DNA of 27,655 nucleotides from Amoeboradix gromovi X-113 (lineage: Eukaryota; Fungi; Sanchytriomycota). This document shows positions 1-9,861 of the stretch, piece after piece; position 1 is the first letter of the stretch; every line of letters begins with the position of its first letter. The position numbers were made by a program, and so were the translations under genes. A model generated the notes under the pieces. It had not been told where the DNA came from. It made no database searches and saw only the letters and a program-made list of their open reading frames with translations. Location: the NCBI GenBank assembly GCA_018985225.1, contig JADGIF010000045.1, positions 1 through 27,655 of the forward strand, given 5' to 3'.

Positions 1-109
1 TGCAGCTACTATTTTGCCTCATAAGCTCTCGAGATATCAGATACCTCTGTAAAAATTAGTAAATCTAGTTTTTATAGTGGGTGTCGATTATAAAACCCCC
101 TTCAACTGC

Positions 110-2031
110 ATGGAAACAAATGATTTGGACAAAAATTCATCCATGGCAGATCGCAACCTGTCAACTCCATCTTTAAGAAGATCATTCTTTAGTCGTGAGA
201 ATTTAGCTTGTCCACCAGATGCACCTTTATTTTCTCAAGACCTTAATGACTATGAGTTGCAAACTGTAATTGGGTATGGAAGCAGCGCAGTGGTTTATCA
301 AGGGCTTTACAAGCCACTTAATAGAAAGGTAGCAGTAAAAGAAATAGATTTAGATTCGTTTGAGAGTAATCAGATTGGTGAATTGAGAAGAGAAACCCAG
401 GTTATGTCTTTATGTAGGCATCCTAACGTACTAAGAGTATTTGCATCGTTTGTATCGGGTTCCAAACTATACATAATCACGCCTTTGCTTAGCGGTGGTA
501 GTTGCTTAGATATTATGCGAATTGCACACCCTGATGGTTTCGAAGAGGTTACAGTTTCCACGATTTTGAGACAGGTATTAATGGGGCTAGAATACCTGCA
601 TAAGAATGGTAATATTCATAGAGATATTAAAGCAGGAAATGTACTGATTGATGATGATGGTACAGTTCTCTTGGGTGATTTAGGTGTAACTGCTAGCTTA
701 GAAGTGGATCGAACGTCTTCTCGCAAGACATTTGTTGGCACGCCATCTTGGATGGCCCCAGAAGTAATGAAGCAAGAACCTTATGATTTTAAAGCAGATA
801 TTTGGTCCTTTGGTATATTAGCCCTTGAGTTGGCTAAAGGTGAAGCTCCTTTTGCCAAGTACCCTCCAATTAAAATATTAATGCTCATAATTAACAATGA
901 GCCACCATTTTTAGATAGAGACTCGACAAAACATAAATACTCCAAGCATTTTAAAGAGATGATAGAACTTTGTCTTCAAAAGGACCCTAACAAAAGGCCT
1001 ACTGCTGAAAAGCTACTTCATCATCACTTCTTCAGACAGTCTAAACGCAAACAGTATTTAATCAACAATCTAATTTCTTTGATTCCTCCTGTTTATCAAA
1101 GGGAACATCAACAACATCCCAAACCTAAACATGACAATGCTCAGAGCGATAGTTGGGATTTTAGTGACAAAAACAAACTGACTTCCGAGAAGCCTAATCC
1201 TGTTGTTGAAGACGAAAAACTTGACAAGTCAGAGATTGATTCATCCAACCCAACTTCTCCTACTTTGAATGCTCAGCAACCGGTTAAAAAATCCAGGTTT
1301 ATAGTAGATAGGCAGGATTCTTTAAGCGCTAAATCAAAGGAAGCTGCAATGTCAGATGTAGAAGAGAAAAAGAAAGGACGATTTAGCGTAAGTGAGAAAG
1401 TGGATGATAAACAGCCTAAAGCAACGAGATTTGAGGATTCTATTAGTAGGGATAGGGAGTCGTTAAACAGGGAGCAAATATCTCCCAATCTCACCGGAAA
1501 ACGAGGTAGGTTTGAAGTAACAAACATCCCAGACACTGATTTTGTTTCTCCTACTGCAAACAATCAACAAAGTACTAAATTGGCCAGAAATACGAGTAAT
1601 GGATCATTGGGGAATCTTACGAATACGATGAACAGCATGAATAGAGTTAAGTCTGAAGAGTCAATTTATATTCCGATTCAAAAGGACACTTTGGATAGAT
1701 TGACTATTCAATTAGAAGCCTTAGCAAGGCAGAATGAATATCAGACTAGAATGCTTAACTTTGTTATGGACAAATTAAGCTCAACATCTCCTACTGAGAG
1801 CGGATTGGCAACACCGATGCTACCAAGACATAGTTTTGTGTATTTATATACTAACATAGTTCGATACGAAGTGAGTCACAAAGCAGCGTGCCAAGCACAA
1901 TAACTAGCACATCTGTTATTGACATAGTGAACCAATTGAATCAAAAAATACAGATGTTGGTGAACGAAAATGACGGGCTAAAGAGAGAAAATGATAACCT
2001 GAAAAAGGAACTAGAGAAGAAACCAGAATAA
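110..2031 (+). CDS. STE20-family GCK-VI (OSR1/SPAK/Fray-like) Ser/Thr kinase; exons 110-1839 and 1860-2031
   Basis: Kinase motifs GYGSSAVV, VAVKEIDLD, HRDIKAGN, DLG, RKTFVGTPSWMAPE and PFAKYPPIKILM are typical of OSR1/SPAK. First ATG is at 110 (the ORF track starts at a GTG). Removing a 20-nt intron extends the protein into a coiled-coil tail (..LVNENDGLKRENDNLKKELEKKPE*). Confidence 0.88.
1840..1859 (+). other. 20-nt spliceosomal intron gtatttatatactaacatag
   Basis: GT-AG with CTAAC; removal joins the kinase to a downstream open frame ending at TAA 2029-2031. Confidence 0.8.
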
Positions 2032-2112
2032 TTTATAATAAAGAGATAGGCTGCCAAAAATAAACTAAATTGGTTTTAAAATATGTCAAGCCACTTTTTT
2101 ATTTTTTGATTC

Positions 2113-3143
2113 ATGAATAAAGAAGACTATTGCGGAGGATGTAAGCTAGCCTTTTCGCCAGAAGATGAGGAAGTCTTGGATGCCGGAGGAATATTCTTTC
2201 ATGCTCAATGCTTTAAGTAACGCGTTATTAATGTAGGTGTAAGGTATGTCAAGTAGACTTGGAAAACCAGACATTCTATGTCGAATTAGATGAACCGTAC
2301 TGTGAGGAACATTTTCAAAGTCAATTTGTAAAAAACTGTGGTAGATGCGGGGAAACCATAGAATCTACATTAGTTAGCGCATTAAATCAGTATTGGCATC
2401 AGGACTGTTTTGTATGCACAGACTGTGAGACATCACTAAACAATGGGAAGAAGTTTTACAAATTCAAAGAGAAACCTTACTGCAAACCATGTTACGACAC
2501 AAACGCCAAATTAGAAGCGCAAAAAGGTACCAACATGTGCAGCAAATGCAAACTGCAGTTAGAGGGTGACATAATAGAGGTAGACGGTGAGAGGTTCCAT
2601 GCTCATCATTTTAATTGCACTACTTGCGATGAGGTATTAAACGGAAACGCAAGGTCTCACATGGACAAGTTTTATTGTCAAACTCACTTTGATCAAGTTT
2701 CAAACGCCATATGTTTTGCCTGCAAACAATTGATTATGGGACTACAAGTGACAGCCATGGGTAAAACTTTTCATCAAGAGCATTTTGTTTGCTGCAAGTG
2801 TGAAAAGCCATTCGAAAATATGACATTTTTTGAACATGATGGTAAGGCATATTGTAAATACCATTACTCTGAGTCAATGGGCCAAATCTGCGGTTATTGC
2901 TATGATGTCATACCGGGTGAATGTACTTTTTGAACTAATTTAGCACTAGAGGCTGTTGGAAAAGTTTTTTGCGCGAATCATTTCGTCTGTGCCGGCTGTC
3001 ACTGCTCACTTGTGAAAAAGAACTTTATCCAAGTAGATGACAAGGGTTATTGTCAGCAATGCTTTGCTGCTATTCCAAGCAGAGTTAGAGATCAAATAGT
3101 TGCCATGATTACAATGGAAAAGAAGCTTAAAGTGTACCCTTAA
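2113..3143 (+). CDS. Five-LIM-domain adaptor, PINCH/LIMS-like; exons 2113-2216, 2237-2922, 2944-3143
   Basis: After splicing there are five complete LIM domains (CGGC..HAQCFKCKVC..CEEH through CGYC..CANHFVCAGC..CQQC) and a short tail FAAIPSRVRDQI... LIM3-4 sequence (HAHHFNCTTC; VTAMGKTFHQEHFVCCKCEKPF; AYCKYHY) and Cys in place of His in LIM5 resemble PINCH. Confidence 0.82.
2217..2236 (+). other. 20-nt intron gtaacgcgttattaatgtag
   Basis: Removal restores LIM1 (HAQCFK|CKVC) and supplies the missing N-terminus from ATG 2113. Confidence 0.92.
2923..2943 (+). other. 21-nt intron gtactttttgaactaatttag
   Basis: Contains the in-frame TGA; removal restores LIM5. Confidence 0.92.
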
Positions 3144-5026
3144 ATAAATTTATTACCTCTATCAGTAGTATCTGCGTTCACTACCATGGTCGCATTTAGC
3201 TCTGCCAGACTATTTGAATTACTAGAGCCTTCTAATTTAGTTACCGTGCCTATATCCAGCGAGACTTTTCTACTCCTTAAGCCCCTTTCTTCTATGGCCT
3301 TGTCTTTTTTATTCCTTATATCAATAGACTTATTTGCCATATCCACCAAAACATTGGCTATTGGTGCTGTTTTTATAAATTCATGGTGTAGTAGTTCACC
3401 TGCTGTTGGTCTGTCAGATGGGTTCTTTACCAAACACATTGATATAAAATCAATGCACTCAATGCTGAAGTTACTAGGATCTTTCAAAGTTGGTGGCGGT
3501 CTGTTCGGTATCATAAAAATAACCCTCATTGGGTGAATGTTGTTGTAGGGCGGTTTTCCATCTGCACATTCAATGGCTGTTATCCCCAATGACCATATAT
3601 CTGCTGATGTATTGTAACCCGTCTCGTTGATAACCTCTGGTGCCATCCAATATGGTGTACCAATTACAGTTTGCCGTTTTACAGAGTTGGAAACAGTGGC
3701 ACTAACACCAAAATCTCCTAGTTTAACTGTACCGTCGTGACCGACAAGTAAATTACCAGCTTTTATATCCCTATGAATAGCTTTCATGCTGTGCAAGTAG
3801 TGTAAACCACGTAAAGCATCTCTTAATACGCATTGTATCTGTTGTTCTTGCAAATTATAAAGATCTAGCAAAATATCGGCAATGCTTCCAGACGGACAAT
3901 ACTCCATAACGATATGCAATTTACCATCAAATGTGTAAGACTCATATAGTTCAATAACATATTCATTAGCGAATGACTTCATCAACTCAATTTCTTTCAA
4001 TATATCAACATCATCCATTATAACTTGTTTTATTGCTACCATCTTGCCTGAATCGTCAACAGCCTTATATACAGTGCCATAGCTACCACGCCCGATTTCC
4101 TCCAGTAATGCGTATGACGGCTTGTTATAAATGTGGTTTCGCAATTTAATTACTCCAGTCTGGTTATTGAAAGTATTTAAATCAAATTCATGCTTGATCA
4201 ATTTATTGATTATGAATAGAGGAACATAATGTGTGAGCGGCATAATAATTCTCCAAGGCATAGCAGGCACTGTAGCTACTGGCTGTCTAATTTTCATGGA
4301 TAATTTTATGTCAAAGGCAGCAAGACTGGACGAAATGGCAAGCGGGACAGATTTGGTCCAATTTGTTAGATTGGTCATAACATATCCAGGCTTAATAATG
4401 GTGAAATCTACGAGTGGCAGCTGAATAGATGAGCGGATAATAAAATCCTCTAGGCATTGTTTGGATGTGCTGTAGGTTGTAGAATTATAGAATGGTTGAT
4501 TAGAAGATATGCTTGATACAACAACCACATAAGGATTAGATACTGCATTAGAATTTAAATAAAATGCAAATTCAGATACAACAGCAATGGGACCATACAG
4601 ATTGGTATTCAACATGAAAAGACTTTTATTGAAATAATCAGAATCCTCGAGATTATGAAGATCAAATACACCAGAATTGATTATTACGGTGTCTATTTTA
4701 CCAATTAATTTATGGGCATCAAAGAACAACTGTCGAGCATCATTAAAGTGAGTTACATCAAAAGGTCTAACATGAATTTTTGCATTGGGATTAATAGACA
4801 ATAACTCAGATTTTAAAACGTTAAGTTGGTTCTTTTTCCGACTTGAAAGCACAATACTTATGTCAGATTCTTGCTCAACAAGCTGAACACAGAGACTCTT
4901 TCCAATACCACTTGAACAGCCTATAATTAAGTAACTTTTTGAGGTTGGGTATTTAAAAAGCATGCATAAAAGTCTGATGATAAACTCTTTTACAAGCATA
5001 TAAACTGAAATTAGCTGAAGATACAT
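3140..5026 (-). CDS. Single ORF: N-terminal short-chain dehydrogenase/reductase (~4942-4196) fused to an MST1/2 (Hippo/Krs)-like STE20 kinase (~4114-3375)
   Basis: SDR motifs: IIGCSSGIG, INSG, VVSSIS, YSTSK, KPGYV. Kinase motifs: IGRGSYG, HRDIKAGN, DFG, TVIGTPYWMAPEVI, IHPMRVIFMIPNRPPP. There is no stop and no Met in the linker. The start could be 5026 or a nearby downstream Met. Confidence 0.75.
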   Translation of the reverse strand: MYLQLISVYMLVKEFIIRLLCMLFKYPTSKSYLIIGCSSGIGKSLCVQLVEQESDISIVLSSRKKNQLNVLKSELLSINPNAKIHVRPFDVTHFNDARQLFFDAHKLIGKIDTVIINSGVFDLHNLEDSDYFNKSLFMLNTNLYGPIAVVSEFAFYLNSNAVSNPYVVVVSSISSNQPFYNSTTYSTSKQCLEDFIIRSSIQLPLVDFTIIKPGYVMTNLTNWTKSVPLAISSSLAAFDIKLSMKIRQPVATVPAMPWRIIMPLTHYVPLFIINKLIKHEFDLNTFNNQTGVIKLRNHIYNKPSYALLEEIGRGSYGTVYKAVDDSGKMVAIKQVIMDDVDILKEIELMKSFANEYVIELYESYTFDGKLHIVMEYCPSGSIADILLDLYNLQEQQIQCVLRDALRGLHYLHSMKAIHRDIKAGNLLVGHDGTVKLGDFGVSATVSNSVKRQTVIGTPYWMAPEVINETGYNTSADIWSLGITAIECADGKPPYNNIHPMRVIFMIPNRPPPTLKDPSNFSIECIDFISMCLVKNPSDRPTAGELLHHEFIKTAPIANVLVDMANKSIDIRNKKDKAIEERGLRSRKVSLDIGTVTKLEGSSNSNSLAELNATMVVNADTTDRGNKFI

Positions 5027-5039
5027 GTCTCAAAAATTA

Positions 5040-6348
5040 TTATTTATTAACATTATACGACTGCCATAATTCTTTGGCATCATGATGTGTTATTGCGTTG
5101 CCAGCTATTAACTGCAGACTAAAATCATGCACCAGCTCAGCAGGAACACCACAAGCTAGTGCTAAGTTCCGAGAATGAAGTGCCATATGTCCGCGTTGAA
5201 TCCCTTCTGTGGCAAGAGCCCTTAATGCTGCAAAGTTGGAAGCTAGACCAACGCATGACATGATCTTAGTTAGTAAAAATTACCCTAGCTAGTTCCTGGG
5301 CATCTGGATTGCCCAATATCTTCAAGCACTCTCTACTGGATGGCAAAGTTTGAATTGAGCCACCAACTGTTCCAACAGGTAATGGAATTTTAATTTCACC
5401 TACAAAGCGGTCATCCACAATTTTGTAGCTTGTTAATGGTAGGAAATCGTTCTGGGCAGAATAGCCATGGACATTGGCTTCAAGTGCCCTAGTGTCTTGA
5501 CCGGTAGCCAACGCTACGGATATTATACCATTCATGACACCCTTATTATGTGTACAAGATCTATATGGATCATCTAGTGCCCATGAATAGACTTCCAATA
5601 TACCTTGAGCAACCTCCATTCCTGTGTATTTTCGAAAAGCCAATTGAGAGATAGGGATAGAGAAGCTTGACTTAGTTGTCCTGTAAGTATTAAGGTTTGA
5701 CACTATTCTGACAGCAACGTGTGAACTTGGAAGAATCTTTTGTAAATGGGGAGATAGACCTTCTGCGACGCTAGCAGACACATTCGCACCCATGCTATCA
5801 CAGGAGTTGATTAATATATGGATCACGCACCATCCATCTGCTATATTACCTTGTAGAGGTTTTAGTTGTAAATGTCTAGAATTCGAGCGAGGAACCATTC
5901 GAACAATCATATCCTCTACGCCTCCCCCTCTACGTACCATTGCTGGACACATTTCATTAGCAAGACTTATAAACTCCTCCTTGCGCTGCATAATAGCATC
6001 AAAGTCACTATAGATTTGGTTAGACCTTATACAAATTTGACTGCAAACAATGTTCTTGTCTGTTGAAGTGGTAAACCCACCAGCACTTTTAATAGTTTTG
6101 GCAGCTCCTGAAGCGGCAGCAATTACAGAGGGTTCTTCTATTGCCATTGGCACAACTTTATCTATACCATCAATTTTGAAATGTAATCCGACTCCCAGTG
6201 GCAAAGTTTGTACGCCAATACAATTTTCAATCATTTGATCTGATAGTTCCAAGTGAGCCGTTGTTATGTCCTCAACGCTAACCTTAAAATCATCGAGTAT
6301 TTTTTTTTGCCGCTCTTCTACTGATAATTTGTAAAAACCAGAATACAT
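5040..6348 (-). CDS. mvaA: Class II (bacterial MvaA-type) HMG-CoA reductase; exons 6348-5284 and 5264-5040
   Basis: Motifs SGFYKLS, ENCIG, PMAIEEPSVIAAAS, DSMGAN, THNKGVMNGI, GQDTRALEA, and spliced ELAR|IMSCVGLASNFAALRALATEGIQRGHMALH. No membrane anchor. First ATG at 6348. Confidence 0.9.
5265..5283 (-). other. 19-nt intron gtaatttttactaactaag
   Basis: Joins ORFs 5266-6375 and 5040-5261 into the continuous class II HMGR C-terminus. Confidence 0.93.
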
Positions 6349-6387
6349 TTTGTGTTTTGAAATTGATTTTGTCAAAATTCAGGGGCC

Positions 6388-7776
6388 ATGGCAACTATAG
6401 AGGATGACCTGCAAAATCTAAAACTAAGACTGGAAATGATGGAGGGAGAGAAGAAATCTGTAGAGAATGAACACAAGATAATAGCTAAGCAACATGAGAA
6501 GCAAGTAGAAAAATTCAAGCAAACAAATTTGGCATTGAAGCAACTAATCACTGAATCTAGCAAAAACGCAGTAAGAGATATTCAACATGAAGATGAATTG
6601 CATGTGAGGAAAAAACAAGATCTTCTAAACTTTAAAATTCATTCTGAAAAAAAACAGAATCAGGAACTGATGAAAGAGAAGAAAGTTTTGATTGATATAT
6701 CTAGCAAAAACAACAAAGAAATAGAAGGCGACATTGATTTACTTAGACAAAAAACCAATTTGGCAATTATAAAATCACAAGAGGCTGATTCTTTGAGAAA
6801 AAGCTATGAAAAATTGCTCTCTTCGTTCCAAGATGATAGAAATACGTTTGACATAAGGATGAAGAAGTTAGAGGAAGCTATAACTAAAAAAAAGCTTGAA
6901 TTGCACGGTGTGGGGCAAAACTTATTGGATTCCAACCTTTCGAAGGAACAATGGAAAAAGTCCACCGAAACAAATGAAAGGCAAATTGAAGATAGCAGAA
7001 GATTTAGAGAAGAGACACTTAATAGCAAGAAAGATGAGTTTCATTCTCTTGTAGTAGTGGATGATGAGGATAACTTGCTTACAGAAAAGGACGAGGCTCA
7101 GTTTTTGGATTTCAATGCTGAACTTAGGTCTGAAGAAGACGTTGACATTGCGCTTTACAGAAACCAAAGAATATTTGAACTAGCAGCTATTGCAGAATCT
7201 GTTAAAAACGAGCTTTTAGTTGAGACTGTCGCTGATTTAAGGAAGTTAGTAAATAAAAAATCTGATCAGATGAAAATCTTGAATTCAATCTTGGACGGAA
7301 GGGAGAAAAAAAATACAGAAGTTGCTCCAAAAAGCTGCGAGTTTCTGGCAGATACTAAGTCAGTTGGAGAAGATTTACCTGTAATTAAATCCTTGGAAAT
7401 AGTTTCAGAGCTAGAATCGGAATACAACAGGTTCATAAAATTAATATGTAAAAAGTCAGAAAGATTGCAGAGTTCTAAACAGAAAATGATGGCAGACTTT
7501 AGCTACGACCCGTTGCTCAAATCTTTTGAAGATAAACTCTGTCAGTTGGTTTTATTCCTTCCAAAAAAAGATTTAGAGATTGAGGTTGATATCACCGCAA
7601 TATGTTCCCTACTACAGAGCCAAAACCAAAGAATAGAATTCAAAAAGAAGCCATTAACCGCTTTTATTCCTGTTCAAAATGATGATGTCTTTGTTCCCAA
7701 CAGGGAATTTTTAAAAAAACAATCTGCTCTAATGATATCCCAGACAAAGCAGAAAATCACGAAGAGAAAAAAATAA
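6388..7776 (+). CDS. Coiled-coil protein, possibly an outer dynein arm docking complex subunit (CCDC151/CCDC114-like)
   Basis: 462-aa heptad-rich ORF. The N-terminal LKLRLEMMEGEKKSVENEHKIIAKQHEKQVEKFKQTN resembles the ODA-DC N-terminal 'l..mEGdrka' block from memory; the family call is tentative. Confidence 0.5.
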   Translation: MATIEDDLQNLKLRLEMMEGEKKSVENEHKIIAKQHEKQVEKFKQTNLALKQLITESSKNAVRDIQHEDELHVRKKQDLLNFKIHSEKKQNQELMKEKKVLIDISSKNNKEIEGDIDLLRQKTNLAIIKSQEADSLRKSYEKLLSSFQDDRNTFDIRMKKLEEAITKKKLELHGVGQNLLDSNLSKEQWKKSTETNERQIEDSRRFREETLNSKKDEFHSLVVVDDEDNLLTEKDEAQFLDFNAELRSEEDVDIALYRNQRIFELAAIAESVKNELLVETVADLRKLVNKKSDQMKILNSILDGREKKNTEVAPKSCEFLADTKSVGEDLPVIKSLEIVSELESEYNRFIKLICKKSERLQSSKQKMMADFSYDPLLKSFEDKLCQLVLFLPKKDLEIEVDITAICSLLQSQNQRIEFKKKPLTAFIPVQNDDVFVPNREFLKKQSALMISQTKQKITKRKK

Positions 7777-7803
7777 ATGCAGTTTTATTAAATAATTGAC
7801 TTT

Positions 7804-8214
7804 TCAACATTCATTCAAATCCTTCAAAATATAATCATGGATTTCATCCATTATATGCTCATCCATTAACTCAGTATTTAATTGAACAGTTTTCGAATCT
7901 CTAAGGCGATTAAAATTACAACTATCATCTATAATAGCTGAGTCATTTTTGTATGTTTTATAATGTTCTTTATGTTCTGTTGAATTTACCTGTGCCACGT
8001 TGGTAACATTTGAGGACTTTAATTCAAATCCATATAGCAATTTATCTTCATCTGTCGACTCCACCAAGTCTTGTGCCGGCAGGCTCAACTCATGTTTGAA
8101 TTCAGTATTTGGATTTAAGGTTGTCTCAGAGTTAGACTTGCTTATAAAGTTTGGCTGCAGCCTTTCATTCATCGGATTAAAAACCGATCTGAACATGACG
8201 GAATACTCTTCCAT
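7804..8214 (-). CDS. Hypothetical protein (136 aa)
   Basis: ATG-started ORF filling the gap, convergent with 6388-7776; no recognisable motif. Confidence 0.5.
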   Translation of the reverse strand: MEEYSVMFRSVFNPMNERLQPNFISKSNSETTLNPNTEFKHELSLPAQDLVESTDEDKLLYGFELKSSNVTNVAQVNSTEHKEHYKTYKNDSAIIDDSCNFNRLRDSKTVQLNTELMDEHIMDEIHDYILKDLNEC

Positions 8215-8272
8215 TTCGATTGAAATGATGTTTCAAAATATTTGTAACCTTTATAGCCAAATCCAAATGTAA

Positions 8273-8754
8273 CATCAAATATAAAAACTGGACTAACTTT
8301 GTGTAACAACTTGGAACATTATTTCAGCTTTATTACTTTATGGATTTAAGAGGCGAGTGGACATTCAGCTAGTTGCGGAGTTGACGAGTATGACAGGAAA
8401 ATAAATATTCTGTACAGCTATTCTCTTACTCTTTCATCCAATCTTTATCTCAAATAAAATATCACTATAACTCTGTAAAAACTAGAATAGACAAGAGTAA
8501 TGATGTTGGTATAACATTACAAAATGACTCTAGAAAAGAGTACCGTCTAAGAAAATGCACCTTTTGCTTAGATGCTCAAAGACCTCATATATTTGAACGA
8601 GATGCAGGGTCTTCTAGTTTTATTTTGAAAAGAGGAATACAATCAATGAAAGAAAACTGGTATAATAGAAGATCTTTTATTAATGATTTCCTCCGTATGG
8701 TGCACCTCCTTTAAAAACGAGTTAGTCTAGTTTTTATATTTGGTGTCCCAAATG
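8273..8754 (+). mobile_element. Non-autonomous TIR element, copy 1 (left TIR partly deleted); carries a putative Fanzor/TnpB 3' remnant
   Basis: Near-identical to 9862-10380 and 27495-27655. Ends CATCAAATATAAAAACTGGACTAACT ... AGTTAGTCTAGTTTTTATATTTGGTGTCCCAAATG, with TAA on both sides. Confidence 0.88.
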
Positions 8755-8792
8755 TAACATGATATAGAGTTGCAAGAGATATATATATTTAC

Positions 8793-9782
8793 TTAGAGTC
8801 CCCGGTTGAAGGTGACAGGACCACTCGATTTAAGGTTCAAATAACTGTTATAAACTTCAGGTTCCAATTTAGACGAATCCATGTGACAGGTTTGATCAAA
8901 TAGTGCTAAAAACACTGGCAATCCAAATAAAAAGGATAGACCAACCAGAGAGGAATTCACCAAAATTGTTCTTGGCAACGAGTTTTTATGCATCTTGAAT
9001 AAATTTCTGGATGTCATGAAAGTGACAACAGTTGGTGGAATTACTAGTGCAGGTACACTGGCTAGCAGACGACTAAGAGCTGTCTGTCCTATTGCTACTT
9101 TTGCTGCGGTTTTAGATATTCCGACTTCATTTCCACTGGAATCAAAGACCTTTATCCCATTAATCAGTTCATTTTGTCTCATCAATAGCAAATTCGATGT
9201 AGAGGCCATGGAAACTGCAAAAAATGTTATATAAGGCACGAAAGCCTTATGTAATCTTCCGGTACTTTTCAAAAGGTTTAACCCTATGGCGATAGAGCAA
9301 GACACTCCTACAGCGCCAGCGTATCCGGTAAGAATATCTTTTGTACTAAGTATGCTAGACTTGTTGGCATTGAAATAATTAAATCCCACATTTGCAGTTT
9401 GATTCAACAATTGAGAAGAAATTATACCAGTCCAAGACATATTAGGGATTAGCATAAGTGCTACGACAGGGATGTTTGTAAGTGTATAGGAACTCATGCG
9501 AAACGGTAAAAAGATTTTTTCGTTAGTATCGGGGTGAAATGTCGCTTTTGTCAGGTTAGCATATTTCCAATACTGTCTTTCCGTAATAGAGCTGTCCACA
9601 ATTCCTAGCTGGTATTCCAATACTTTTGATTTCGCATACTCTTGATATTCTGAACTAGTGAACAGATTCAAAGGATTAGTGATGTCTAAGAAGTGCTTCA
9701 GTCTACCAAAATACGTTGACTGGTCATATCTTGGAGCTAGCAGATCACCGTATGGGTATTTGGAATTTGATATTTGAGACAT
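8793..9782 (-). CDS. FSF1: Sideroflexin (mitochondrial tricarboxylate/serine carrier family)
   Basis: PRYDQSTYFGRLKHFLDITNPLNLF, HPDTNEKIFLPFRMSS, LMRQNELINGI, C-terminal FNRGL. Confidence 0.93.
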   Translation of the reverse strand: MSQISNSKYPYGDLLAPRYDQSTYFGRLKHFLDITNPLNLFTSSEYQEYAKSKVLEYQLGIVDSSITERQYWKYANLTKATFHPDTNEKIFLPFRMSSYTLTNIPVVALMLIPNMSWTGIISSQLLNQTANVGFNYFNANKSSILSTKDILTGYAGAVGVSCSIAIGLNLLKSTGRLHKAFVPYITFFAVSMASTSNLLLMRQNELINGIKVFDSSGNEVGISKTAAKVAIGQTALSRLLASVPALVIPPTVVTFMTSRNLFKMHKNSLPRTILVNSSLVGLSFLFGLPVFLALFDQTCHMDSSKLEPEVYNSYLNLKSSGPVTFNRGL

Positions 9783-9861
9783 GCTCTACGAGAAGTGGAC
9801 TGGCGGTAAAGGGGAAAAAGAAAAAATGACTTGTCCAAAACCCCAAAAAACATATACAAAA

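Noticed and set aside
77-109. GTG start for the first kinase, and TTG starts at 2259, 6375, 16258, 19584 and 22781 in the ORF track
   Set aside because: Eukaryotic context; ATG starts or upstream exons explain these frames
3139-3156. Possible 18-nt intron gtaataaatttatttaag extending the MST-like kinase
   Set aside because: Lacks the TAAY-NN-AG ending seen in all eight supported introns, and would add only a short peptide antisense to PINCH with no SARAH domain
4121-4153. Possible 33-nt GT-AG intron in the SDR-kinase linker
   Set aside because: Wrong length and branch spacing; it is in frame, so it would not separate the two domains anyway
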